Source: Candidatus Latescibacterota bacterium (lineage in GTDB: Bacteria > Latescibacterota > UBA2968 > GCA-2709665). Taken from it: 64,000 bases of DNA. Both the position numbers and the translations under genes were made by a program. Each line of letters opens with the position of its first letter. Position 1 is the first letter of the stretch. Positions 28,201 to 38,993 of this stretch are shown in pieces. The notes below the pieces were generated by a model, which was not told the DNA's origin, ran no database searches, and saw only the letters and a list, made by a program, of their open reading frames with translations. The stretch lies in the NCBI GenBank assembly GCA_965205485.1, contig OZ242180.1:3648001-3712000 (forward strand). Reading direction: 5' to 3'.

Positions 28201-29190
28201 TCATCCGTCAGTCCCGCCATCCCCAAGGATTACACGGCCGCCGCGGTTCGCCGCTTCCTCGGCGCCCAGCCCGATGCGAACGGCTTCGAGGGCCGTATCG
28301 AGGTCCGATCGCCAATCATCCCTTCCACCGCGCACTTCCTCCAGAAAGAGGCTTTCCAGAGACGTCCCCCGTTCCGTAGGCGGCAGCGATTGCTCTTTGA
28401 CGTCGGCGGACGAGAGCCGCCAGCCCCCGTCCCTTTGGACCAGCGTTCCTTCCTCCAGCACGAACCGCTGATACTGCTCGGCGTTTCCGATTGGAATCCC
28501 GCCCGCCCAGGTCCATTCGGCCGTCCCTCCGCCCGTGAAGCCTACGGCGACACGGTTGACGAAGCGTTCGTACGCTCCGGCGTTGTCCATTCCGTCATAG
28601 TGGGCGTACCCTTCCACCCAGGAAGCCGGGCCGAAGAGGTCCACCAGAGGGTAGACTTGATAGACGAAGAAGAGACTCGGCGGCCCCGACGTGGGAATGT
28701 TGAACAGTACCTCCGGCCGCGCCCCTCTCCCCGGCGTCAGCCGTACGAACAGCGCCAGCAGAAGTCCGCCCAGTGATCCAACGGTCTCCTTGAGTTGCCG
28801 ATGGGCGCCGGAGACGACCTCGGGATGCGCCACGCGCAGCACCGTGCCGGTCGAGCGCGCGAGGTCGACCAGGCCGGCCCCCTCGTCGACGTGCCGCGCG
28901 ACGGGATATTCCAGGAAGACGGGCTTGCCGGCCTCCAGGGAGGCCCGCGCGATGGGGCCGTGGCTGTCGTTGTTGGTACAAACCACAAGTCCATCCACGT
29001 CGGACCGGTCGATCAGCGCCTTCCAGTTTTCCAGCAACGGCAGACCGTGCTGACGGGCCAGTTCCACACCCGTGCGCGGGTTCCTGGCTGCCAGTGCGGT
29101 CAGCCTGCATCCCTGCATCGACGCGAATGCACGCGCGCGGCTTTGCGCCATGCCGCCCGAACCGACCAGGCCCAGACGAATCGAATCCAT
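28201..29190 (-). CDS. Gfo/Idh/MocA oxidoreductase
   Basis: GLVGSGGMA, GKPVFLEYP. Confidence 0.88.
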   Translation of the reverse strand: MDSIRLGLVGSGGMAQSRARAFASMQGCRLTALAARNPRTGVELARQHGLPLLENWKALIDRSDVDGLVVCTNNDSHGPIARASLEAGKPVFLEYPVARHVDEGAGLVDLARSTGTVLRVAHPEVVSGAHRQLKETVGSLGGLLLALFVRLTPGRGARPEVLFNIPTSGPPSLFFVYQVYPLVDLFGPASWVEGYAHYDGMDNAGAYERFVNRVAVGFTGGGTAEWTWAGGIPIGNAEQYQRFVLEEGTLVQRDGGWRLSSADVKEQSLPPTERGTSLESLFLEEVRGGRDDWRSDLDTALEAVRIGLGAEEAANRGGRVILGDGGTDG

Positions 29191-29212
29191 AGTTTAAATT
29201 CCTGTTATTGAG

Positions 29213-30400
29213 TTATTTCGGGGTTTTTTCGCTGCCGTCGAACCGCCGGAGCAAGTCGCCGATGTCGTCCAGTGTCACGACGTCCACGTCGCCCCGGGTC
29301 TGCCGAAATGAACCCCCATAAACAAGCCCCCTGTCCGAGATCTTCGGCAGGAGCCTGGCGATCCGGTTCAGCGCGTCGAAGTAATCGGATGCCACGGTGG
29401 CGCCGGATTTGATCTCGACGGCGCCAATCCGATTTCCCATTTCATAGAGAAGGTCGCACTCGAGGCCGCGTGTATCGCGGAAAAAGGACAGATTGGAGCG
29501 GCGGCCGCGATTGAACAGGTACTTTATTGCCTCTGCGACAACGGCATTCTCAAACAGCGCCCCACGCAGCGGGTGGGTCGCAATCTGACCGGCGTGTTCG
29601 ATTCCGATCAGATAACTCGCCAATCCGACGTCGTAAAAATAGAGTTTGGGCGATTTGATCAGGCGCTTGCGAATATTCGCGTAGAAAGGCGGTAGTTGAA
29701 AGACAACATAACTGGCTTCCAGAATTGACAGCCACTCCCGCGCGGTGGTATGGGAAACGCCCGCGTCGGCGCCCAACGATGAGACATTCAGCAACTGCCC
29801 CGCCCGCCCGGCGCACAGGCGCGCGAATCGACGAAAACTGCTGAGGTTGCGGATTTCACCAAGACGACGCACGTCTCGCTCGACGTAGGTTTCGAAATAG
29901 TCGCCCAGCGCCTGCCGCGGCTCCAGATTCTGATCGTGGATTCGTGGATAAAACCCGGAGTACAGGATGTCGTCGACACTGCCGCCGGCGCCCGCGCGAC
30001 GCCGTTCGTCAATTGTGAACGGCAGCAGGCACAGAAGCGCCGTACGTCCCGCCAGGGACTGGCTGATGGTATCCGAGAGCCTGAACTGCTCGCTGCCGGT
30101 GAGGACGTAAAGACTGTTTCCGCCATTTTCGTCGGCGAGGACCTGAAGGTAGGAAAGGAGTTGTGGGACCCGCTGGATTTCATCCAGAATGACGCCGTCG
30201 CCGTGCTGCGAGAGAAATCCGCGAGGGTCGGTTTCGGCGAACAGGCGCTGATCGGGCGCCTCCAGGTTGACGTATTTGAGATGGGGAAACGCGGCGCGGC
30301 AGAGCGTCGTCTTGCCGGACTGCCGCGGTCCAGTCACGGTAACAAAGGGATACTGCTTGAATAACGCGACCAGTCTGTCTGTGAGTTCACGATGAACCAT
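29213..30400 (-). CDS. AAA+ ATPase with DUF4143
   Basis: GPRQSGKTT, LDEIQR, KSPKLYFYDVG, ECD..EIKSG. Confidence 0.92.
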   Translation of the reverse strand: MVHRELTDRLVALFKQYPFVTVTGPRQSGKTTLCRAAFPHLKYVNLEAPDQRLFAETDPRGFLSQHGDGVILDEIQRVPQLLSYLQVLADENGGNSLYVLTGSEQFRLSDTISQSLAGRTALLCLLPFTIDERRRAGAGGSVDDILYSGFYPRIHDQNLEPRQALGDYFETYVERDVRRLGEIRNLSSFRRFARLCAGRAGQLLNVSSLGADAGVSHTTAREWLSILEASYVVFQLPPFYANIRKRLIKSPKLYFYDVGLASYLIGIEHAGQIATHPLRGALFENAVVAEAIKYLFNRGRRSNLSFFRDTRGLECDLLYEMGNRIGAVEIKSGATVASDYFDALNRIARLLPKISDRGLVYGGSFRQTRGDVDVVTLDDIGDLLRRFDGSEKTPK

Positions 30401-30583
30401 AAGTATTGGAAAATGTACCGAAGAAGCGATATATTTGCAAGTACTACTTTCAATTTTACACACAAGGTGACGATACGCCTTAAAGCGTTTCCCTTTCAGT
30501 TGTCTCAACCAGACGTTGATACGGTCTCATATTCACAGATACCGACAACCGCGACAATGCGTTAAATTGACGTTGTTCAATAC

Positions 30584-31396
30584 ATGGAGAACCTAGTTCT
30601 ACGTCAACTCACAAAGGGAGACGTTACAATGTTCGATCCCAGGGAGGTTGGACGACGGATTCAGGAACAGCGAAAGCAGAAGAGGCTTACCCAGGAACAG
30701 CTCGCTCAGGCCGTATGCATCAGCGTACAGGCGGTTTCCAAGTGGGAGAACGGGGAGTCGATGCCCAATATAGGGACATTCCCCGCCCTGTGCAAAACGC
30801 TTGGCGCCTCGTCCGACGCGCTGCTCGGAATCGACTGCGAGCCCGAAATCGAGGTGCTCGGTGCGAGGTTGGCGCGGCGGGTGAGTCATATCGAGAGCGG
30901 GGAGGAACGAAACGTCGCGCTGATGAAGGTGTTGGGATATCTCGTCTCCTCAGGTGACGGTCCCTGGAATCCCGATCGCAATGTCTCATACAGGCTGTCC
31001 GGGAATGGACTCACGGGCTTCGGTTTCTGGAGCCGCAGCGGACTCGCGTGCTTTGCGGCAGGCGATGCCCTTGCAGAAGACGTCCCGCCATCCACGTTGA
31101 TGGACAGCCTTCGCACCCTGCTCTTACCTGAATGCTGGTCCATCGCTTGCGCATTGTTGAACGGACCGCGTCGTTTTGACTCGTTGTTGGAAGCTGAGGT
31201 CGCCGAGTCCACGCAGGCTTTGTCGGACGCGCTGCGTGAATTGATCCAGGCAGGTCTATTGGTGCAGGAAAGTCGGGGCTATCGGCTGGAAGAGGACTAC
31301 GGGTTGCTGCTGACGGGGATGATCAGAGCCCTTGGCGTTGCCAGCCTGAGAGTGGATCACGGGCGGGGGATACGCGTGAACAACACGGCCGACTGA
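30584..31396 (+). CDS. XRE-family HTH regulator with C-terminal winged-helix-like region
   Basis: LTQEQLA..ISVQAVSKWENGESMP. Confidence 0.85.
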   Translation: MENLVLRQLTKGDVTMFDPREVGRRIQEQRKQKRLTQEQLAQAVCISVQAVSKWENGESMPNIGTFPALCKTLGASSDALLGIDCEPEIEVLGARLARRVSHIESGEERNVALMKVLGYLVSSGDGPWNPDRNVSYRLSGNGLTGFGFWSRSGLACFAAGDALAEDVPPSTLMDSLRTLLLPECWSIACALLNGPRRFDSLLEAEVAESTQALSDALRELIQAGLLVQESRGYRLEEDYGLLLTGMIRALGVASLRVDHGRGIRVNNTAD

Positions 31397-31595
31397 GACG
31401 ACCGTCTCACGGAATCCCCGACCATTGGTTTTCATCCTGTTCATCCTGTTCACATGTATTCTCCTTCCTCGAAAATCCGCAACAATAGTGTTGCCAACGC
31501 GACGGATGGAGCGTAATTTGGGTGCGTTCTGAGGGGATCCGACACGCGGATATCAGGATTCGCCGGTACGACAACCTGTTATCGAGGGAAGGCAA

Positions 31596-33557
31596 ATGAC
31601 TTACGTCGTGGAGCGCCCCGCGGGCGCAGACCAGATCGATCACGAGATGCCGCTGACGTCGTTCAACCCCGATTGCATTCTTGAGAAACTGGATCTGACT
31701 GCGGCGGGGTTGGAAGAAGCAAAACAGGCCGCTGACGCCGGGGACAGGACGGGCGCCCTTACGGTCCTGCGCGACTATTACAGGGCGAAATTTCCGCTGG
31801 GGGAGGCGGTTGAAGAGGGTGATCATACAGAGGCGGACAAGATCTGCCGCCGTATCATCCAATGGGGGCCGTACGACGAGGCGCAATATGGCGACGATTT
31901 CGACTGGGAGTGGGACCCGCCCGGGGATATCGAGTGGGTATGCGTCGTCTATCGCTTTTACTGGGCCGCGCCGCTCGTAAACGCCTACGCGGCATCGCGC
32001 GATGAAAAATACGCGCGGGCATTCGTCGATCTGGCGTCCGACTGGATATCAAAACATCCGCTCGAAAGACACACCAGAACCCATCCCGTATACAAGTCAT
32101 GGAAGGGGTTCGCATGGCTGGACCTGCAGACGGGCATCCGGGCCACGAACATCTGCGCGGCTTTTCGCGGGCTGATCCAGTCCGAGGCGTTCACGCCGGA
32201 GTTTCTGGGCGTGCTGCTCGCGAGTGTGTACGACCATCAGACAAAAACGACGCTGATTCCCATGGGCCTCATCCACAACAAGGCGGTGTTCGAACAGCGC
32301 GGGTTTATCAACGTCGCCTATACGTTCAGCGAGTTCAGGGAAGCGCGCGACTGGATGGAACTGGGGCTTGCGCGCGTGGAGGAAAACATCCTGGCGCAGA
32401 CAACGACCGACGGCGTCCAGCGGGAGTGGTCGTTCGGATATCACCAGGGCGTCCTGCGCGACGCCGTGGAAATCCTCTCGCGCCTCGAAGTCTTCGATAT
32501 CAAGGCGTCACAGGAATTCCTGGAGCGCGTGCAGCGGATGTACGATTACATCTTCTGGATCGCGTCGCCCGATCTGACGCCGCCGATGTTCGGAGACGGA
32601 TCCCGCCCGCTCGTCGCCACGGATGACCGGTCAACGTGGCCGCTCTACGGTGAGTTGATGGGCGCGTCGAAACTGTTCGGTGATCCGAAATATGCGGCAA
32701 GGGCGAATCTGGATCGCGAAGCCCTGCCGGACCGGAAGAGCCGCGCGTTCCGGGAGGCCGGCTTCTACGTGATGCGGAACGACTGGGGTCCCGATCAGAT
32801 TCATCTGGCGCTGCACTGTTCTCCGCCCGCGATTTCAAGCCACGACCAGCCGGACAACGGGACGTTCGAGTTGTACGCCTTTGGTCGTTGGCTGATGAAC
32901 GATACGGGCTTCTATACCTATGGTAGAGACAAGGAGGCCCGGGCGTGGCACCGGCAGACCTCGGTACATCAGACCCTGACGCTCGACGGGCGGGATATCG
33001 CCGACGACGCACGCGATCTGATGTGGGTCTCCGAGGGGGCGGACACAGACGTGCTGGTCGTTGAGAACGGGTCCTATCCCGGCCTCATCCACCGTCGTTC
33101 GGTCTGGTTCGTGGACCGTCGCTTCTTCGTTCTGCTCGACGAGGCGATCGGCGTCGCGCCCGGCCAACTGGACCTGCACTTCCAGTTTGCGCCTGGCGAC
33201 GTCTCAATCGACAGCGGGGGAAACAGGGCGTTCACGATGTTCGAGGACGCCAACGTGCTGGTGCAGGCGGCAGCCGGGTCGCCGGCTTCGATGGTCGAAG
33301 AAACGGGCTGGTTCGCGTGGGAATACGGCTATCGCACACCGCGAAAGGCGTTCCGGTTCGCACTCGACAGCCATGCGCCCACGGTTTTCGGCACCGTCGT
33401 CGCACCGTATCGAGGTACCCGCACGCCGACCGTATCGGGGGAATTGCCCGCGGGTATTCAGGCGGGAGACGATCGCGTTGAGATGACCGTCAGCGAATCG
33501 GGAAAGACCTGGCGTGTGGGAAGAGACCTGGCTTCGGGCGAGGGATGGGCGGTTTGA
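31596..33557 (+). CDS. Heparinase II/III-family polysaccharide lyase
   Basis: DGVQREWSFGYH, PMFGDG, HDQPDNGTF, HQTLTLDG. Confidence 0.88.
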   Translation: MTYVVERPAGADQIDHEMPLTSFNPDCILEKLDLTAAGLEEAKQAADAGDRTGALTVLRDYYRAKFPLGEAVEEGDHTEADKICRRIIQWGPYDEAQYGDDFDWEWDPPGDIEWVCVVYRFYWAAPLVNAYAASRDEKYARAFVDLASDWISKHPLERHTRTHPVYKSWKGFAWLDLQTGIRATNICAAFRGLIQSEAFTPEFLGVLLASVYDHQTKTTLIPMGLIHNKAVFEQRGFINVAYTFSEFREARDWMELGLARVEENILAQTTTDGVQREWSFGYHQGVLRDAVEILSRLEVFDIKASQEFLERVQRMYDYIFWIASPDLTPPMFGDGSRPLVATDDRSTWPLYGELMGASKLFGDPKYAARANLDREALPDRKSRAFREAGFYVMRNDWGPDQIHLALHCSPPAISSHDQPDNGTFELYAFGRWLMNDTGFYTYGRDKEARAWHRQTSVHQTLTLDGRDIADDARDLMWVSEGADTDVLVVENGSYPGLIHRRSVWFVDRRFFVLLDEAIGVAPGQLDLHFQFAPGDVSIDSGGNRAFTMFEDANVLVQAAAGSPASMVEETGWFAWEYGYRTPRKAFRFALDSHAPTVFGTVVAPYRGTRTPTVSGELPAGIQAGDDRVEMTVSESGKTWRVGRDLASGEGWAV

Positions 33558-33664
33558 CTGACGTCGCCGCGTACTCGATCGGCCGCGTCAGCATACGCCG
33601 TTGGGGCGCTGTATGACAATGATCCTGAGGAGGCCGGGCCGCCTCTGGCCGGTTACATAGATCG

Positions 33665-34378
33665 ATGTCGACCGCCGGATTTCAGACGTTCGGACCGCCG
33701 CATCTGGTCGCGATGGCGTTGACAGTGGTTCTGCCGGTGCTGCTCTCGCTGATCGCGAAACGGGCATCGTCCCGGTCAGCCGCCACATTGGGCATTGTTC
33801 TGGGGGTCCTCCTCCTCGGCAACGAGGTGACCCACTGGGGCTTCCGGATCGCCGGATACGGCCCCGATGTCTTCCTCCGATATTTTCTGCCCCTTCACCT
33901 GTGCGGCATCGCGATGTTCGCGACGTCGATCGCCCTGATGTCTCGCAATCAGACGGCGTTCGAAATTGCCTACTTCTGGGGACTCGCGGGGTCGGCGAAC
34001 GCGGTTATAACACCCGGCAACCTGGCGGTTGACTATCCGCAGTACCGGTTCTTCCAGTACTTCATCGCACATTCCGGCATTGTTGCGGGGGTCCTGTACG
34101 CCACGTGGGGCCTGAAGATGCGGCCGACGCTGGGCGGGCTCTTCAAAGCGTTCGTCTGGCTCCACGTCCTGGCGGCGATTGCCGCGGTTGTCAACCTGCT
34201 CTCCGGTTCGAATTACATGTACCTCTCCTCGCCTCCGTGGGGAACGGTATCGCCCTTCTTCTTCCTGCCGTGGCCGTGGTACCTCGTCTTTCTGGACCTC
34301 ATCGGTCTGGCCATGTTTTTCCTTGTCTACGCCCCAGTCCCCATCGCCAGGTGGTGGGAATCGCGTGGTTCGGCCTGA
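33665..34378 (+). CDS. YwaF/TIGR02206-like integral membrane protein
   Basis: LPLHLC, SNYMYL, PWPWY. Confidence 0.88.
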   Translation: MSTAGFQTFGPPHLVAMALTVVLPVLLSLIAKRASSRSAATLGIVLGVLLLGNEVTHWGFRIAGYGPDVFLRYFLPLHLCGIAMFATSIALMSRNQTAFEIAYFWGLAGSANAVITPGNLAVDYPQYRFFQYFIAHSGIVAGVLYATWGLKMRPTLGGLFKAFVWLHVLAAIAAVVNLLSGSNYMYLSSPPWGTVSPFFFLPWPWYLVFLDLIGLAMFFLVYAPVPIARWWESRGSA

Positions 34379-34468
34379 CAGACCGCATGTTTTCACGTCA
34401 GGGGAGTCGCAGTCGATCCGGCTCCCGGGAAAGCGCATTCGAACCTTTGAACAGGGCAGTTCGAATCT

Positions 34469-36136
34469 CTACCTGGTCCCGCGGTCACGTAGAATCCGGG
34501 CGATTTCAGGGTGTCCTTTCTTTTCCGCCCAGGCGAGGGGCCTCGCCCAGGGTGTTCGTGCGGCAGGCCGGCGTCCGCTCCCCGTTTGAGGAGAAACTCC
34601 ACCATCGGCATGACCCGCCCGGCACGCCAGTCCGAGGGGTGTCGAACAGTACTCGGGTTCTATCGCATTGATCTCCGCGCCGTAGTCAAGCAGAAGACCG
34701 GCTCTTCGTACGTCACCCTCATGCGCGATGTTGTGGAGGGAAGAGATCCCCTGCCAGTTCCTGTAATTCGGATTTGCCCCGTTATCGAGCAGGAATTTCG
34801 CAGTTTCGTAGACCCTGAAGAACGAGCCGTGGTTCGTGCCTGATACGGCCGCGCCGTGCTTCAGGAGCAGCTTCACCATTTCCAGCCTGCCGCGCCGGGC
34901 GGGATTGCCCAGTTTCGCGTTCGCGATCTCTTCGGGGTTCTGCGTGAGTATTTCGTCGACGCGCTCCAGGTCGTTGGCGTTGACTGCGGCGCTGATCGGG
35001 GGGATGATATCCTCCCTGCCGCCGTACGATTTCATCAATTCGTAGAGCTCGGGGTCCTTTCTGGCATGGTGGAATGCCGTGCCGGTGGAGTCCACGTTGC
35101 CATTGGGATCGGCGCCGTGTTCGAGAAGCAACTCGGCGATGGCGGTATACCCATGGAATGCCGCCTCCAGCAGGGCCTTTCCGCGAGGAGCGTCGGGCTC
35201 CGGCGCATTCGGATCTGCGCCATTTTCGAGCAGAAGTTCCACGATATCGTGATGGCCCCGGCCGGCGGCGATGGAAATTGGCAGCCTGTCGCAGGTATCT
35301 CGGAAATTGGCCAGCGACGGATCTGCCTCCAGGTACTCCCGGACGCGCCGGGTGTCGCCGAACGCGGAGGCGACGAGGATATTGTAGTCCGCGCCCCTGG
35401 CGACCAGATAACCCGCCAGCGCCGCCTTCGTCCGTATGAGAATCCGGTCCCGCCATCCGGCGTAGAGCGCGACGTGGATGGGTTTCTGCCCCGTGCTGAA
35501 GCCCGTGCCGGCCTGAGCCTGAATGTCGGCGCCTTTGTCCAGGATCAACCGAGTCAGATGGAAGTCGCCGATCGAAACCGCCTCGTGAAGGGCCGTGGTC
35601 CCGTTCGCGTTGCTCAATTTGACCCGTTCAGGAGAATTTCGGACAATGTGTGCCGTTTTCTCGTAATTGCGCCCACGAACGGCATCGATGAGCTCGTTTG
35701 CAAGGGGTTCCGTTTCCCGACTGTACCCGCCACTCCTTTCGCTGATGGCCTCTTCGAGGATTTTCACGATCTCCCGGTGGTCCCGGTCGGCCGCCAGATT
35801 GACCAGCGAATCGTGAAAAATCCGTGTCCGGTAGAAGGGACTGGCGCCCTTTTTCAGAAGGTAACGGACAACCTCCGCGTGGCCCTCGCGGACCGCGAAC
35901 TTTATCGGTTGGGTGTAGTAGTGTACGCAGCGGACAAGGTCAGGGTTGGCCTCGACCAGCCTCTGAATCGCTTCCAGGTCGCCCCGTATCGTGGCGCAGA
36001 ACATCTCCCAGACCTCCGGGCCCTTGCCCTTGCTCTCCGCAATATGTCCGGAATTCTCCAGCTCCGCCGGCCTGACCATTCGTGACATCACCCAGTCGGC
36101 ATGGGTGCTATCCGTGTTCCTTGCATCGCTGGTCAT
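34469..36136 (-). CDS. Ankyrin repeat protein with a compensating frameshift pair at ~34550-34610
   Basis: Multiple ANK repeats; MVEFLLKRGAD appears in another frame between GLACRAGH and WARPLAWA. Confidence 0.88.
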   Translation of the reverse strand: MTSDARNTDSTHADWVMSRMVRPAELENSGHIAESKGKGPEVWEMFCATIRGDLEAIQRLVEANPDLVRCVHYYTQPIKFAVREGHAEVVRYLLKKGASPFYRTRIFHDSLVNLAADRDHREIVKILEEAISERSGGYSRETEPLANELIDAVRGRNYEKTAHIVRNSPERVKLSNANGTTALHEAVSIGDFHLTRLILDKGADIQAQAGTGFSTGQKPIHVALYAGWRDRILIRTKAALAGYLVARGADYNILVASAFGDTRRVREYLEADPSLANFRDTCDRLPISIAAGRGHHDIVELLLENGADPNAPEPDAPRGKALLEAAFHGYTAIAELLLEHGADPNGNVDSTGTAFHHARKDPELYELMKSYGGREDIIPPISAAVNANDLERVDEILTQNPEEIANAKLGNPARRGRLEMVKLLLKHGAAVSGTNHGSFFRVYETAKFLLDNGANPNYRNWQGISSLHNIAHEGDVRRAGLLLDYGAEINAIEPEYCSTPLGLACRAGHADGGVSPQTGSGRRPAARTPWARPLAWAEKKGHPEIARILRDRGTR

Positions 36137-36252
36137 TTAAGGTCTCCTCGTTTGGCATCTCATGCGATGTGCGTCCGTTGCTCGTTCGCCTGAACCGCAG
36201 CATGCTCGTATCACTCTCCCCGTGAGGGGCAGTCGCAGAAACCTGCGTAAGG

Positions 36253-36276
36253 GTGGGGCGGACATTCCTGTCTGCC
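36253..36276. repeat. REP-like hairpin gtggggcggacattcctgtctgcc
   Basis: ggcggaca-ttcc-tgtctgcc stem preceded by GTGG. Confidence 0.5.
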
Positions 36277-36361
36277 TGCCTCCGGTTTGTTGTGGCCTTG
36301 CAGGAGTCCGTTGAAGAACTCGCGGACCGGATGTCGCGTCGAAAGTTCAATCAGCGTTTAC

Positions 36362-36922
36362 CTACTCTATCTCAACGGTCCGCAGTTCCGGAACAAGCGC
36401 TCCCTGAGGTGAAACCGTGATGTACCCCATCGATACCGGAAGCCGGAAGCGGCGTGGCCCGATGCTGCCCGGATTCAGACAGCAGATCGATCCAATCGTG
36501 CTGACTTTCGGTATGTGAGAGTGGCCGCAAACCACGAGATCGAAACCCGCGACGTTTGCTTCTTCGAGGATGTGGGTGACGAGAATCCGCCGCCCGCCGG
36601 CCTGTAGCACGAGTCGTTCGCGCAGATCGCTGCAGGGCGGAACCAGATCCACGTTACCGCGGACTGCGTACACCGGCGCGACAGATTCCAGTTGCTCAAG
36701 TACCGAGATCTTTCCGACGTCTCCGGCATGGATGATCGCCCGGACGCCCTGGAGGAGCGCTATAACCCGAGGCCTCAGGAGTCCGTGGGAGTCGGAGACG
36801 ACACCCAGGCGATCGCCGGCACGGAATTGAGGCGCGTCTTGCCGGGCCGGGTGAGGACGGCGTTCCCGGGAGGACGCGGACAGTCTATCTGGCATAGTGA
36901 GGCTGGTAGAGCTGTATTTCAA
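36362..36922 (-). CDS. YfcE-type metallophosphoesterase (start uncertain)
   Basis: SDSHG, HAGD, VRGNVD, GHSH, NPGS. Confidence 0.9.
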   Translation of the reverse strand: MKYSSTSLTMPDRLSASSRERRPHPARQDAPQFRAGDRLGVVSDSHGLLRPRVIALLQGVRAIIHAGDVGKISVLEQLESVAPVYAVRGNVDLVPPCSDLRERLVLQAGGRRILVTHILEEANVAGFDLVVCGHSHIPKVSTIGSICCLNPGSIGPRRFRLPVSMGYITVSPQGALVPELRTVEIE

Positions 36923-37238
36923 ACCCGCCGGGCGCTTCGAAGTACGTCACCAGCCCGTAGCCGTGGTCTTCGATTTTACGCGTAAAAATCACGCCTTTTT
37001 GCTTCAAGTCAGCGACCGTGGATTCAATGTCGTCACAGTAAAAGGAGACATCCGCATCGCCCGATTTCGGACCTGCGTCTTCTTCCGTTGGATGACAGCC
37101 CATATCCGCCTCGGGGACGTCGAAGATCAACCAGCCGTCGCCCACGTCCGTGGCCGAAAACCCGAGTTTGTCCCTGATGAACGCACGGAGACCCGACGCG
37201 TCCGACGAATAAAACATGGTGTGTACGCCCTTGATCAT
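36885..37238 (-). CDS. VOC/glyoxalase family protein
   Basis: FYCDDIESTV, APGG..LYQP. Confidence 0.88.
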   Translation of the reverse strand: MIKGVHTMFYSSDASGLRAFIRDKLGFSATDVGDGWLIFDVPEADMGCHPTEEDAGPKSGDADVSFYCDDIESTVADLKQKGVIFTRKIEDHGYGLVTYFEAPGGFEIQLYQPHYAR

Positions 37239-37381
37239 GGTATTTTTCTCCTGTTGAATGCAAGATTAATTCATTGCTGATGAAAGCTATGAGCCGCGCA
37301 GTGGTCTGTCCAGCCATTTTTTTTGCGTTCACGGAGATCGACGCCTGCCGACTTGGGGCGAGTTTCGAGAGGACTGAATTC

Positions 37382-38128
37382 ATGCCGGAAAACGCGCTCA
37401 TGCAGCGTGCGCTGGAGGTTTTCGCGCGCGGCTATTCCTTCACGAGGAGCTTTACACACCCTTATCCTGCAAGCCGGGAGGGTGCGATCTGGGTGGTGAG
37501 GGATGCGCAGAGAAAACGAGGCACGTACCGCCGGGAGGAGTGGATCGCCCATGGCGTTGACGCGGAAGAAATCCATCGGGTGGCCTTGGAGAATACCCGG
37601 GGACAGTACGGCATCTGCGCGATCTGTGCGGAAGGGGACTCGGACGCCGGCATGCGCGCGGATTTCAAGGCGCTCAACTATCGACTGAATTCGACGGAAC
37701 CCGTCATGGTGCATCGGCTGCGACGCATCCCGCGTCTGACGGACCCGCTGCCCATCGAACGTGTCCTCACAGCGGAAATGGCGGACAGACTGAACCGGAC
37801 CACCCGGATCAGACAGATTCTGCCGGAACATCTTGTTCCCGACGCTCCGCTGAGGCAATATGTGGCGCTCGAGAACGAACAGCCTGTGGGGTGGGTTCAA
37901 GCCATCGCCGTGGACTCGGCAACGTGGTGTTCGAACATGTTCGTGACGCAGGCTGCCCGGCGTCGGGGAATTGGAAGGGCATTGATGTGCAGGATGCTTC
38001 GCGACGACCGGTCCCATGGTTCAGAATTGGCGGTCCTGACCGCGACCCACACCGGCGCGTTGTTGTATGCCTCAATCGGTTACGTACGGATCGGAACCTT
38101 GCTGTTCTATACGCCCAAGAAGCGGTAG
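37382..38128 (+). CDS. GNAT acetyltransferase
   Basis: RRRGIGRAL, LYASIGY. Confidence 0.85.
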   Translation: MPENALMQRALEVFARGYSFTRSFTHPYPASREGAIWVVRDAQRKRGTYRREEWIAHGVDAEEIHRVALENTRGQYGICAICAEGDSDAGMRADFKALNYRLNSTEPVMVHRLRRIPRLTDPLPIERVLTAEMADRLNRTTRIRQILPEHLVPDAPLRQYVALENEQPVGWVQAIAVDSATWCSNMFVTQAARRRGIGRALMCRMLRDDRSHGSELAVLTATHTGALLYASIGYVRIGTLLFYTPKKR

Positions 38129-38283
38129 TGTACTGTCTCAGAAATAGGTTGCCTGAATTCAGCCGTCGAGTCGCCCGGCTCGCAAGGCGCCTCCGACCTG
38201 CGTAAGGCCGGCGAGGGCAGGCAACGCCGTGGGACGGGATGAATCGGCGGCTGAATGGTTGGATATTTTTGGGACAGGACACT
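38127..38283. mobile_element. MITE-like element
   Basis: Terminal inverted repeats agtgtactgtctcagaaata / tatttttgggacaggacact (17/20); left end overlaps the GNAT TAG. Confidence 0.6.
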
Positions 38284-38309
38284 GAGAGTGGACAGGAAGA
38301 GAGGCGTCA

Positions 38310-38850
38310 ATGTCAAGAGAACAGAGAATCACAGAGTTGCTGGACGAGGCCTGGAAGACCAGGGGGACGTCGGATTACGACCGTGGCAGGCGTCTCGTGG
38401 CCGAGGCGGCTGAGCTCTGCCGGCAGGACGACCACGAGTCCCTGGGCAGGGTGGCGCACGTTTACGGCCAGTTCGCAGAGGGACCACGGCAACCGGGAGC
38501 AGGCACTCCACTATTATCTGGAGGGATACAACCATTATATAGCGGGGAATCACGCGGAGAAGATGGCCCACTCGCTGCGCCACGTCGCGGACGTCCGCCG
38601 GGACCTCGGCGACCGGGAGGGCGCCGAGCACGATTACCGGTCGGCAATACGGATGTACCTTGACCTCGATCCCGCGCCAACGCACTCGCTCGCGAACGCG
38701 TACCGCGGCTTCGCAATGTTGCTCGAACGTACCGGAAAACGCGATGAGGCGCTACGCGCTTTCGTAGAAGCCCACCGGTTCTATCTGCAGGTTGGCAACG
38801 CCCCTGGCATCGAAGAAATGGGGCGTAAGGTGAAACAGCTTCAGGAATAG
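38310..38850 (+). CDS. TPR protein, frameshifted at ~38475
   Basis: MSREQRITELLDEAW..VYGQF continues in another frame as RDHGNREQALHYY..AHSLRHVAD. Confidence 0.75.
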
Positions 38851-38993
38851 AGAATCACCGGCGGATTCAGGGAATCCGATCGCGCGTCTTCAACTGCAAA
38901 ATGCCATCCCGGCCGTGCAGGGGCGTCCCATGCGGGCGCCCTCGTTTGCCTGGCCTCATCACCTCCCTTTGCCGCTCTGCATTCGCATCAACT

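Noticed and set aside
31431..31453. ttcatcctg tandem repeat
   Set aside because: Only about 2.5 units, no supportable function
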